A stretch of DNA of 64,000 bases from Dehalococcoidia bacterium (GTDB lineage: Bacteria > Chloroflexota > Dehalococcoidia > Bin125), in contig OZ252031.1 in NCBI GenBank assembly GCA_965247775.1, positions 1,621,496 through 1,685,495 of the forward strand. Direction: 5' to 3'. Under the pieces are notes generated by a model, which ran no database searches, was not told the origin of the DNA, and saw only the letters and a program-made list of their open reading frames with translations. This document shows, one piece after another, positions 14,343 through 25,200 of this stretch (the first letter of the stretch is position 1; each line of letters opens with the position of its first letter). The position numbers and the translations under genes are program-made.

Positions 14343-15326
14343 ATGGTGACGAGTGCTCCCGGCAAAGCGCACCGCACGGGAATCTCCCTCATGGAGCTGT
14401 TCGCGTTGTTCCCCGACGAGGCCGCGGCGACGGGCTGGTTTGAGTCCCTCGTGTGGCCCGAGGTGCGCGGCTGCGGCCATTGCGGCAGCGTCAAAACGCG
14501 CGAGGTGCCGAACGCCAAGCCGATGCCCTACTGGTGCTCGGACTGCCGCTCCTACTTCAGCGTCCGCACGGGAACGGCGCTCTCCCACTCCAAGGTTCCC
14601 CTCCGCAAATGGGCCGTCGCCATCTACCTCGAAATGACCTCCCTCAAGGGCGTGTCGAGCATGAAGCTCCACCGGGACATTGCCGTGAGCCAGCCAGCGG
14701 CCTGGTTCATGCTCCACCGCATCCGCGAGGCGTGGGCCGGCCCAGACGGCGGCAAGCTGGCCGGACCCGTGGAAGTTGATGAGGCATATATGGGCGGGGT
14801 CGAGCGCAACAAGCACGAGCACGAGCGCCAGCGGGCGCACGCACGCGGCGGGCTCTCCGACAAGGCCCCCGTCATCGGCGTGAAGGATCGGGCAACCGGC
14901 ACGGTCCGCGCCCGCGCCATCCTGAGCACGGACGGCGAGACGCTCCGCGGGTTCGTGCGGGAGCACACGCAGCCGGGCGCCCAGGTCTACTCGGACGGGC
15001 ACGGCGCGTACACGCTGCTGGAGGGCGAGTACAAGCACAACGCGGTCCAGCACAGCGTCGGAACCTACGTCATCGGCCAGGCCCACACGAACGGGATCGA
15101 ATCATTTTGGGGAACGCTGAAGCGCGCGCACAAGGGCGTCTACCACAAGATCTCGCCGAAGCATCTGGACCGCTACGTCCAGCAGTTCGCAGGGAAGCAC
15201 AACCTCCGCGACGCGGACACGCTAGCGCAGATGGCCGCGGTCGCTGCCGGTCTCGTCGGGCGACGGCTGCTCTACCGTGATCTCGTCGCGGCCAACGGGC
15301 TTCCGTCGGGGGCGCGGGGTGCGTAG
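14343..15326 (+). CDS. IS1595-family (ISXO2-like) DDE transposase with N-terminal zinc ribbon
   Basis: CGHCGS...CSDCRSYF zinc ribbon, then ISXO2-like DDE domain (VEVDEAYMGG, YSDGHGAY, NGIESFWGTLKR); possible later start at M17. Confidence 0.85.
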   Translation: MVTSAPGKAHRTGISLMELFALFPDEAAATGWFESLVWPEVRGCGHCGSVKTREVPNAKPMPYWCSDCRSYFSVRTGTALSHSKVPLRKWAVAIYLEMTSLKGVSSMKLHRDIAVSQPAAWFMLHRIREAWAGPDGGKLAGPVEVDEAYMGGVERNKHEHERQRAHARGGLSDKAPVIGVKDRATGTVRARAILSTDGETLRGFVREHTQPGAQVYSDGHGAYTLLEGEYKHNAVQHSVGTYVIGQAHTNGIESFWGTLKRAHKGVYHKISPKHLDRYVQQFAGKHNLRDADTLAQMAAVAAGLVGRRLLYRDLVAANGLPSGARGA

Positions 15327-15421
15327 GAGCGCCCGCGCCACATCCTCGGGTGTGGCCCCCTGGTAGCGCGGATTCAGCGGGGGCTCCTGTCTCTCGCCGG
15401 TCATGCTGTCCTTCCTCCCAA

Positions 15422-15694
15422 TTATGGCAGTCCCATCAGGTCTCGAGCGTGGCGGACAGCCCGATCAAGAGTGTTGCAGCACTTGCGGATCGCCGCTTCG
15501 TCGTCCAGCGTCAAGCTATGTTCCTCAGCGATCAGAACCTCAGCCCATTCTCGCACTTCACCATGTAGACGACCTGCTGGATCGTTTTTCGCAAACACTT
15601 GCGCAAGCGCAGTCACGAAGCCCACAAACGCCTCGGTCGTGAGAACGTCGCCCTGAGCAGGATCAGTAGGGTCGTAGGACTCCTTGGTCGCCAT
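15422..15694 (-). CDS. Hypothetical protein (90 aa), cargo of the IS1595-like unit
   Basis: Clean ORF with no family recognised; 14 nt downstream of the 64-aa ORF on the same strand. Confidence 0.35.
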   Translation of the reverse strand: MATKESYDPTDPAQGDVLTTEAFVGFVTALAQVFAKNDPAGRLHGEVREWAEVLIAEEHSLTLDDEAAIRKCCNTLDRAVRHARDLMGLP

Positions 15695-15708
15695 AACGCC
15701 ACTTGCGA

Positions 15709-15903
15709 CTAGGAGCCGTTGCGGTTGATGGCCTCCAGGAGTTCCGCTCGCAGATCATCCGTGGCGCTGTGGAGCCGCTGCTCCATGCCCGCCATGTCCG
15801 CTCGGATCTCCAGGCGGAGAGCGGCGATCTCCTGTCGTACATCGTTGATGCGGAGATGCGCGGCGACGGCGCTGGCATGGCTCTCGGGAGCGCTGGTGGT
15901 CAT
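15709..15903 (-). CDS. Hypothetical small coiled-coil protein (64 aa), cargo of the IS1595-like unit
   Basis: Heptad-like LRxE repeats; no family recognised. Confidence 0.35.
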   Translation of the reverse strand: MTTSAPESHASAVAAHLRINDVRQEIAALRLEIRADMAGMEQRLHSATDDLRAELLEAINRNGS

Positions 15904-16254
15904 GGTGGTCGCGTCTCCTTCGGCGGAGGGGTGACGTTCCCTAGGCGTCTAGCCTAGCGAATCCTCCCGTACTGTAAATCCTTCACCACCACGGGGGCAA
16001 CGCCCCTCGCGATCGCAGGTTCGACTCTGCCAGACCATGCGAGTAGAACGAGCGGAACTCGATGCTCCCTTGTGGCCCTACTTGCTGAACTGGTCTGGCA
16101 ACGAGTTCCGCTCGCTGCAAGGGAGCCCCTTGATGGCTACGACTGCCCCGAAGCTTCAAGACGCTCTCGCCGCTCTTGCTGCCGGCGCCGTGTTCATCGG
16201 CACCTTTCTCCCCTGCTCAGGGATGGGGGGGAAGTGGCTTCGGCATGACGGCTC

Positions 16255-17196
16255 CTAGCCTACCGCGTTGATCTCGGCCGTGAACGGGCCACCGCACCCA
16301 GAATCGTCGATGTAGAAGGGGCCAGACCCATCGTAGTCAGCAATCGAGAAACCCAGCGTATGGGTCCCTTTCGCTTCCAGCGTGCGAACCTCCGCGACAG
16401 GGGAGCCCTCCTCGTCGACAATCCAGAGGTAGCACCAGTCGCCGTCCGCATCTTGCAGGAAGAGGTCGGCACCCGTAGTCGTGGCAGTGTAGCGGCCCGG
16501 CTCGAGTGAGAATGACGTGTAGCTATCCGCGACGGACACGCCCGCGGTGGTAGTGGGCGCTGGCTCTGGTGCAGGTGTAACCGCCGGCTCAGGCTCAGGC
16601 TCCACCACGGCAGCCGGCGCAACTGGCACTGTCTCCTCATTATCCTCACAGGTGAACATCAGGCGGTCGAGCCGGAACTGCCTGAGGCCTTCCCAATCCA
16701 ACCAAACCTGGTCGTTACTCTTTCCAACGGCGCGGCCATCATGAGGGAATACCTTGACGCGAATAACCCCCTCGCTTGTCGGGGCTGTCAGGAAACGGAT
16801 GTAATCCCCGGCCTGGATCTGACCGGTTACTTGCGGGTTGCCAGAATAGATGACACCTGGCGCCTGGCCCCACTGCATGGACGATTCGGCGAGGAGCCGA
16901 TTGCAGACCACGAACTCCTGGTAAGACTCCTCGAAGGTGGGATCAGGCGCGGGTTCCGGTGCGACCGCAGGTTCCGGCTTCGGTGCGGCCGCTGGCACGG
17001 GCTTAGGCGCCCGCACAACCTCCCGCACTGTCTCCGGCTCTGCCGCTTTCGGCTCAGGCTCAACCCGAGGCGTCACGGCGGCGGCAACCTCGTTGGACTC
17101 CGAGTCCTCATCTCCCCCGCCGATGGCGACGAGCACGCCAATGACGAGCAAGCCGACCATGCCAATAATGAGCATCTTTCTAAATCTGGTCGTCAT
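16255..17196 (-). CDS. Membrane-anchored, extracytoplasmic two-domain protein with Pro/Ala/Glu-rich linkers, unknown function (cargo)
   Basis: N-terminal TM (MLIIGMVGLLVIGVLVAI), PEPKAAEPE linkers, two ~95-aa Cys-containing globular segments; lower GC than its surroundings. Confidence 0.55.
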   Translation of the reverse strand: MTTRFRKMLIIGMVGLLVIGVLVAIGGGDEDSESNEVAAAVTPRVEPEPKAAEPETVREVVRAPKPVPAAAPKPEPAVAPEPAPDPTFEESYQEFVVCNRLLAESSMQWGQAPGVIYSGNPQVTGQIQAGDYIRFLTAPTSEGVIRVKVFPHDGRAVGKSNDQVWLDWEGLRQFRLDRLMFTCEDNEETVPVAPAAVVEPEPEPAVTPAPEPAPTTTAGVSVADSYTSFSLEPGRYTATTTGADLFLQDADGDWCYLWIVDEEGSPVAEVRTLEAKGTHTLGFSIADYDGSGPFYIDDSGCGGPFTAEINAVG

Positions 17197-17248
17197 AGCA
17201 GGAACCCCCTCGCAAGCTGAGGGAACCTAGCAAGGAGGGTGGCCTGGC

Positions 17249-17271
17249 GTCAAGTTAGGCTTATAATCCCC
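17249..17271. repeat. Right terminal inverted repeat of the IS1595-like unit
   Basis: Exact reverse complement of 14290..14312; followed by AACCGGGG. Confidence 0.7.
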
Positions 17272-17311
17272 AACCGGGGCCGGTGGGGCCCGAGCGCTGG
17301 CGCCCGCCGGT

Positions 17312-17366
17312 ACGGGCCCCGCCCCCGCTGGGGCGGGCAAGGCAAACGCCCGTCCGAAGACGGGCG
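17312..17366 (-). terminator. Tandem GC-rich hairpins downstream of 5S rRNA (candidate rrn terminators)
   Basis: Minus-strand GCCCGTCttcgGACGGGC followed by GTTTGCCTT, then CCCGCCCCagcgGGGGCGGG. Confidence 0.5.
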
Positions 17367-17381
17367 CTGCGCAAGGCAGCG

Positions 17382-17501
17382 GGCTGGCGATGGCCTATTT
17401 TCCGCAGGGGGTTGCCCCCCGAGTATCGTCAGCGCTGCGACGTTTCACTGCCGTGTTCGGGATGGGAACGGGTGGGGCCATCGCGCTCTAATCACCAGCA
17501 C
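17382..17501 (-). rRNA. rrf: 5S ribosomal RNA
   Basis: Minus-strand CCCGTTCCCATCCCGAACACGGCAGTGAAACG core matches the 5S loop B/C consensus; helix I closes GCUGGUGAU with AUCGCCAGC. Confidence 0.8.
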
Positions 17502-17531
17502 CGATGCTGCTGAGGGGTGGATCCGGCGGTC

Positions 17532-17607
17532 TGGTGGAGCCGAGGGGGGTCGAACCCCTGACCTCCGCCTTGCAAAGGCGGCGCTCTCCCAGCTGAGCTA
17601 CGGCCCC
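17532..17607 (-). tRNA. tRNA-Ala (anticodon TGC)
   Basis: Cloverleaf with G3:U70 and UGC anticodon; CCA encoded. Confidence 0.9.
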
Positions 17608-17622
17608 GGCGGGAGTGCAGGC

Positions 17623-17699
17623 TGGTGGGCCATCCTGGACTCGAACCAGGGACCTCAGTCTTATCAGGACTGCGCTCTAACCAGCTGAGCTAATGGCCC
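17623..17699 (-). tRNA. tRNA-Ile (anticodon GAT)
   Basis: Cloverleaf with CUGAUAA anticodon loop; typical rrn spacer tRNA. Confidence 0.9.
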
Positions 17700-17887
17700 G
17701 TGGCGTGGAGGCCGGATCGGTGGGCGACGCCGGGCCAGGCCGACGCCGCCTTAGCAGCTGGAGAGCGAAAGAGAACATGCTCCGGCGAGCGGACGGACGC
17801 CTGCGGGGCGCGTACCGGACGCGTTCCCCGCGAGCGATCGACCTGGAAGCCTGCCGACCCCACCGAGGGCCGGAGGGCACTCCCTAG

Positions 17888-19385
<1,498 letters not shown>

Positions 19386-19639
19386 GTCCAAGCACTGTGC
19401 CGTCTCGCAGAACGAGACGGCGACGGTTCAAAACTCAACCCGGTCCCGCCGGCACGCACGCGCGCCAGCGGGCCCAGACGGTTTGTCCGCCCAAGCACGC
19501 TGCTCTTTCGCTCTCCAGTTGTTAAGGTGCCGCCGGCAACCCGGCCCCCACCGCCCCCAGGCGCGTCTCCCGGCCGGAGGCCTCGCCTCCCACCGCTCGA
19601 CGGCCAGGGCACCGCGGGGTGCGCCCACGCGCGAGGGCG

Positions 19640-19745
19640 AACGTACACCGGCCCAGTCGGCGGTGTCAAACCGATTCCGACCGGTCGGCACGCACGCCAC
19701 GCTGTCGCGGCCCCAGCTTAGCACATGTGTTCTGTCCGGGCAAGG
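19640..19745 (-). promoter_or_regulatory. Candidate tandem rrn promoters and 16S leader
   Basis: Minus strand shows TTGCCC-17nt-TAAGCT, then TTGACA-18nt-TACGTT, upstream of the 16S 5' end; leader hairpin CCGTCTCG...CGAGACGG at 19409..19429. Confidence 0.35.
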
Positions 19746-19755
19746 GGGGGCTGGC

Positions 19756-20805
19756 TCACGCCAGTCGCAGCCGATCCCCCCGCGCCTCGGCGACGATCCC
19801 ACCCTCCAACTCCACCCGGTGACCGCCGCGCTCCAGCAGGCGCGCCAGGGCGGCGCTGCGTTCGGCATCGGGCGCGGGGGCGCCGAGACCCGCCACGAGC
19901 CTGCGCAGAACACGGATGCGCAACGCGAGCGGCTGCGCTCCGAGGGCGCGCCGGCTGAGGAGCAGGCCGCCCGCGGGCAAGGGATCCGCCAGCTCGCCGG
20001 CGAGGGCGGCGCTGAGGCCGTCCAAGGCTTCGCGGTCGCGGGCGGCAGCCCTGGCGAGTGCGGCCAGGCGTTCAACGATGCGCGGGTTGATCGCCGACAG
20101 AGCGGGCAGCACCTCCGCCCGGAGGCGGGCGCGGGTCCGGCGCTGGTCCAGGTTCTCCGGATCTTGCACGGGTTCCAGGCCCAGGGCACGGCAAAAGGCG
20201 GCCGTCTCGCTTCGTCGCAGGCCGAGCAGGGGACGCACCAGGACCAGGGCTCCGACGGCGGCAGAGCCGGGCGCATTGCCGGACGGGGGGGGCAGCGGCA
20301 GCGGGGCCCGCGCCGCCATGCCTGCCAAGCCGTCCAGACCGCTGCCCCGCAGCAGGTGTAACAGGACGGACTCGGCCTGGTCGTCCATCGTGTGGCCGAC
20401 CACGATCGCCCGACTCGTCGTGGCCAGGGCCACGTCGCGCAGGGCGGCGTAGCGCAGTCGCCGGGCGGCGGCTTCGATACCGCCGCCGCCGCGGTCGGCC
20501 TCGGCCGGGGCGTCCACGCTGCAGATGCGCAGGGGAGCGCCGGCGCGCTCGGCGATCGCGGCGGCGGCGGCGCGGAAGCCCTCTCGCACCAAGGGGACGG
20601 CGATCCCGTGATCGACGTGGGCGGCGCTGAGGGACCAGCCATTGCGACGGGCACGATCGGCCAGGGCCAGGAGCAGGGCGGACGAGTCCGGACCGCCGGA
20701 GATGCCGACGAGCAGTCGCGGGGGGGGGTCGCCTGGGACGTCCGCAAGCGCGCGCTGGGTCGCCTGCTCCACCTGGTCGCGGAGGGCGCGGGTGGCGCGG
20801 CTCAC
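19756..20805 (-). CDS. tilS: tRNA(Ile)-lysidine synthetase TilS
   Basis: PP-loop LLVGISGGPDSSALL, HVDHG motif. Confidence 0.85.
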   Translation of the reverse strand: MSRATRALRDQVEQATQRALADVPGDPPPRLLVGISGGPDSSALLLALADRARRNGWSLSAAHVDHGIAVPLVREGFRAAAAAIAERAGAPLRICSVDAPAEADRGGGGIEAAARRLRYAALRDVALATTSRAIVVGHTMDDQAESVLLHLLRGSGLDGLAGMAARAPLPLPPPSGNAPGSAAVGALVLVRPLLGLRRSETAAFCRALGLEPVQDPENLDQRRTRARLRAEVLPALSAINPRIVERLAALARAAARDREALDGLSAALAGELADPLPAGGLLLSRRALGAQPLALRIRVLRRLVAGLGAPAPDAERSAALARLLERGGHRVELEGGIVAEARGDRLRLA

Positions 20806-20832
20806 GACGCACCCGCGGGCGGCGTCGTTGGA

Positions 20833-21318
20833 TCAGTTCGCGGACAGCGGGGGGGGCAGACTCTGCGGCCGGTCGTCCGGGGACGGCGGCAGCGCAGGGG
20901 AGGCGGGGAGGAGGTTGGCCCACCAGGGGGAGCGGAGAATTTCGAGGCCCGGCCGGAGGGGCGCCTGGATGGCGAATGCTTCTTCGCCCACCCGGACCAG
21001 GCCCAGCTCCTCCCGTGCGACTCGCTCGGCGTATTCGTCGGAATCGAGGAACGCAACGATCGCTTCCAGCTGGTCGGCATCCCAGCGCAGGTCATCGATC
21101 TCGCCTCGCAGCGCCACGACGCGGTCGTCGAGGGCGTTGGTGCTGACGACGCCGTCCATCGCGGTGAAGACAAAATAGCCCACTACGGCGAGGGCGGCGA
21201 AGAAGAGGAGGAGGGGCAGGATGCGGCGGCGGATGGGGGCGGAGACGTGGGCGTTCTGTAGCACCTCGCCGGCGTCCGGCGCCGCGTTGAGGGAATCGCG
21301 GGGACGGTCGTTGGACAT
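20833..21318 (-). CDS. Septum formation initiator family protein (FtsB/DivIC-like)
   Basis: Short cytoplasmic N-terminus, one TM (ILPLLLFFAALAVVGYFVF), coiled coil, conserved ...AREELGLVRVGE motif; start is M236 of the long R-rich ORF. Confidence 0.6.
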   Translation of the reverse strand: MSNDRPRDSLNAAPDAGEVLQNAHVSAPIRRRILPLLLFFAALAVVGYFVFTAMDGVVSTNALDDRVVALRGEIDDLRWDADQLEAIVAFLDSDEYAERVAREELGLVRVGEEAFAIQAPLRPGLEILRSPWWANLLPASPALPPSPDDRPQSLPPPLSAN

Positions 21319-21413
21319 GCACTGACCGGCCCACCACCGGCGCGTACGGTACCACAGCGGAGCCGGTGGCGCGACGCGGACAGCGGCCCTTGGGGGGCCG
21401 CCCCCGGCGACAG

Positions 21414-22055
21414 TCAGGCCTGCAGGTCCGCCCCGAGGTGCGAGGCGTCGTTGAGGGTGCGCAGCACGGTCCCACCGCGCCGCCGCTCGAAGACGGTGCG
21501 CCCGGTGAGGTCCAGTTCGAACTGCCGCCAGCGGTTGAGGTCCAGGTCGAGAGCGGCGCAGACCAGCGTGCGGATGACGAAGTTGTGCGAGACGAGGATC
21601 GTCGTCGGGTGGTCGCTGTTGGTATCGTCCGCGTTCGTCTCCAGGTACGGGGCCAATATCGGCCAGGCGCGTTCCTGCACCTGGCGCAGTGACTCGCCTT
21701 GGGGCATCGTCAGCGCGGCGGTTTCGTCGCCGATCCAGCGCTCGATGAAGGCGGCGTAGCGCTCCCGCGCGGCCGCCCAGGTGAGCCCCTCCATCTCGCC
21801 GATGTCCATCTCCACCAGCGCCTCCTCGGTCTGGACATGGTGTCCATGCTCCGCGGCGATCGTGGCCGCGGTGTCGGCGGCCCGGGAGAGCGGGCTGGCG
21901 ATCACCTGCACGACCGGCTCCGCGGCGAGGGCGCGGGCGACGGCGGCAGCCTGACGGCGGCCGAGGTCGGTCAGCGGCGAGTCGCGGCGGCCCAAGCTGA
22001 CACCGGCCACGTTGGCCTGGCACTGGCCGTGGCGCACCAGGATGACGCGGCCCAT
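21414..22055 (-). CDS. Histidine phosphatase family protein (phosphoglycerate mutase / alpha-ribazole phosphatase-like)
   Basis: ILVRHGQ RHG motif at the N-terminus, second His region ILVSHNFVIRTL. Confidence 0.65.
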   Translation of the reverse strand: MGRVILVRHGQCQANVAGVSLGRRDSPLTDLGRRQAAAVARALAAEPVVQVIASPLSRAADTAATIAAEHGHHVQTEEALVEMDIGEMEGLTWAAARERYAAFIERWIGDETAALTMPQGESLRQVQERAWPILAPYLETNADDTNSDHPTTILVSHNFVIRTLVCAALDLDLNRWRQFELDLTGRTVFERRRGGTVLRTLNDASHLGADLQA

Positions 22056-22092
22056 CAGCGTCTCCTGTCGCGGTCGAACAGGGGGGGCACGC

Positions 22093-22797
22093 TCAGTCCG
22101 CGTCCCGGCCGCCCGCACGGTAGGCGGCGCGGGCGAGTCGCGGCTCTTCCAACCTCAGCGCCGTGCGATGGACGCGCAGTGGCTCCGCCTCCACCCCCAG
22201 GGCGCGCGCGACCTGCTCAGGCCGGCCGGAGCCCGTCTCATCGTTGCGCAGCTCGGCTTGGAGCACGACCTCCCCGCTGCCGGCGCGCAGCAACGCCAGC
22301 GAGAAGATCAGGCGGCGCAGGTCGTAGCGACGGGTTTCGTCGCCACGCTGATGCTCCCAGGGGAGCGTCTCGCGGGCCAGCAGATCGTCGATGGTGGCGG
22401 CCCAGGCCTGAGGCGGGCGATCGTCGCTGAGCGTGATCTCGTAGGTCGCGGCGCGCAGCATGGATTGCAGCGAGGGATGGCCGGTCGGGACCTCGCGCAG
22501 ATCGAGGATCCGGAAGCCCGGCGGCAGTTGCGGGGACAGGGATTGGAGCGGGCGGCGCAAGGGGATGCGCTCCGCGCAGCGGATCTCCAGCAGCTCGCAC
22601 TGGGAGGTCATCCCCACGGCCAGTGGGGCGGCCAAGGCGATCCGTGGTCGTGGCGTGAATCCCTGCGAGTACTGCACGGGCAGGACGGCGCGTTTGAGGG
22701 CGCGTTCCCACATGCGCATGACGTCCAAATGGGTGATGTAGCGGGCGGCCGCATCGCGGGCGAAGGTGATGCGCAGGCGCTGCAGGTGTTCGCTCAT
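22093..22797 (-). CDS. DUF2344 / TIGR03936 radical-SAM-linked protein, stand-alone
   Basis: N-terminus MSEHLQRLRITFARDAAARYITHLDVMRMWERALKRA matches the family signature; no radical SAM partner adjacent. Confidence 0.7.
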   Translation of the reverse strand: MSEHLQRLRITFARDAAARYITHLDVMRMWERALKRAVLPVQYSQGFTPRPRIALAAPLAVGMTSQCELLEIRCAERIPLRRPLQSLSPQLPPGFRILDLREVPTGHPSLQSMLRAATYEITLSDDRPPQAWAATIDDLLARETLPWEHQRGDETRRYDLRRLIFSLALLRAGSGEVVLQAELRNDETGSGRPEQVARALGVEAEPLRVHRTALRLEEPRLARAAYRAGGRDAD

Positions 22798-23089
22798 GAT
22801 GGGAGTCGCTGGGGAAAGCCGTTCGCGGCAGGGGCGTTGTCGTGGGCAAGCGTACGCTGCTCCGCCCCGCTGAGGCCGGGCTCGATGGCGAGGGGCTCAA
22901 CGACGGCCTCAGCGGCGCGGCGGCCGTCCGCGAGCGGACCCGCGATCCGGTCATCCCGGCGGATGCGGCCGATATTGCCCGGACAGGTGTGCTTCTGACC
23001 CTCGGGCAGCAGGCCACACTCCGCCACGCGCCAGATGTGGGGCTGCGGATCGCTGAGCCGCACGTCCGCTTCCCCCCCAGAGGACCCAT

Positions 23090-23117
<28 letters not shown>
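22794..23117 (-). CDS. Hypothetical small protein (107 aa), uncertain
   Basis: Its stop overlaps the DUF2344 start (ATGA) and its 5' end overlaps meaB by 28 nt; no family recognised. Confidence 0.25.
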
Positions 23118-24045
<928 letters not shown>

Positions 24046-24046
<1 letters not shown>

Positions 24047-24468
24047 CAGCCGGGCGGGGGGACGTGCTCGCGCACGAAGTCGATGATGTCGCTGGTGTTC
24101 GCGCCGGGGCCGAAGACGCCCCTGAACCCCATCGCCTGCAGGGCGGCGGCGTCCTCATCGGGAATAATCCCGCCGCAGAAGAAGAGGGTGTTGGCAGGGG
24201 TAATCCCGCGCTCCCCGCAGGCCGCGACGATGGCGGGAAAGAGTTCCAAGTGCGCGCCCGAGAGGATGCTCAGGCCGATGACGTCGGCGTCTTCCTGCAA
24301 GGCGGCCTCCGCGATCATCCCGGGCGTCTGACGGATGCCGGTGTAGATCACCTCCATGCCGGCATCGCGCAGGGCCCGCGCCACGATCTTGGCGCCTCGG
24401 TCGTGCCCGTCCAGTCCGGGCTTGGCGACGATCACGCGGATCGTGCGTTGCGCGGTTGCGTCCGTCAT
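24046..24468 (-). CDS. Methylmalonyl-CoA mutase small subunit (cobalamin-binding domain)
   Basis: B12-binding DxHxxG (GLDGHDRG) motif, SILSGAH; start placed at M43 of the ORF (MTDATAQRTIRVIV). Confidence 0.75.
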
Positions 24469-24632
24469 CGCCGCCGACCTTCCCCCAGCGGTGGGCCCTG
24501 CGAGGCGTGGGGCATCCGCTCTCTCTCCCTCATTATGCCGTCCGCGCCAGGCGAGCGGCAGCCCCCGGCCCGCGACGAGCCGCGGGCTGGGCAACCCGCG
24601 TCACGTGGTGGAGGCCGCTGAGGGTCACGCGC

Positions 24633-25187
24633 TCAGTCGCCGGTGTGTGAGGGGCGGGGTGCGCCCACGGCCCTGGCGGCCGCGGCCGCCCGCCAGGCGC
24701 CGATCTGCTGGGCGTGCTCACGGTCGTGCTCCAGGGCGATGCCAAGGACGGCGCGGGCCGCGTCCTGGGGGTCGTTGAGGGCGGCGTCGGGGATGCGCCC
24801 GGCGAGGCTGCGCAGCGCCTCCCGGCTCTTGCGCAGCGCCCGCAGCAGCTCCCGCGAGGAGAAGCGTCGCAGCGTATCGACGGCGGCGGCGTTGGCCCCA
24901 TCCAGGCGCTTGAGAGGGAATTGCAACAGATCCACTCGCCGCCCCAAGAGATACTGACCGAGCGCCTCGGCTTCCCGGCCCTCCCAGAAGAGCCGGTGGG
25001 CGAGGATCTGCTGCACAGACCATCCGGCGGGCTCCAGCGGTACGGCCGCCTGCTCCTCGCTGAGGCCGCGCACGGCATCGAGTAGGCGACGCCGCTCCTC
25101 CACGAGCCAGTAGCGCAGCCGCTCGGCGTCACTGTGACCATGTGGACCGCTACTGGGGCAGGCGCCGGGGTGGGTGGGCTGGGCCAT
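24633..25187 (-). CDS. DinB/DinB_2 superfamily protein
   Basis: Four-helix-bundle His motifs (QILAHRLFWE ... LEHDREHAQQI); lies inside the split mutase operon. Confidence 0.6.
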   Translation of the reverse strand: MAQPTHPGACPSSGPHGHSDAERLRYWLVEERRRLLDAVRGLSEEQAAVPLEPAGWSVQQILAHRLFWEGREAEALGQYLLGRRVDLLQFPLKRLDGANAAAVDTLRRFSSRELLRALRKSREALRSLAGRIPDAALNDPQDAARAVLGIALEHDREHAQQIGAWRAAAAARAVGAPRPSHTGD

Positions 25188-25200
25188 CAGCGCGCAGACA

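Larger units (their letters stand above)
14290..17271 (+). mobile_element. IS1595-family transposable unit carrying cargo genes (transposase plus 3 unknown ORFs), flanked by 8-bp target-site duplication
   Basis: Perfect 23-bp terminal inverted repeats GGGGATTATAAGCCTAACTTGAC at 14290..14312 and 17249..17271; direct repeat AACCGGGG at 14282..14289 and 17272..17279; ISXO2-like DDE transposase inside; cargo region visibly lower GC. Confidence 0.65.

Noticed and set aside
15975-16040. tRNA-like T-arm (GCAGGTTCGACTCTGC...CCA) inside the IS-bounded unit that could mark an att site
   Set aside because: No complete cloverleaf could be folded; only a T-loop-like hairpin, which occurs by chance in GC-rich DNA
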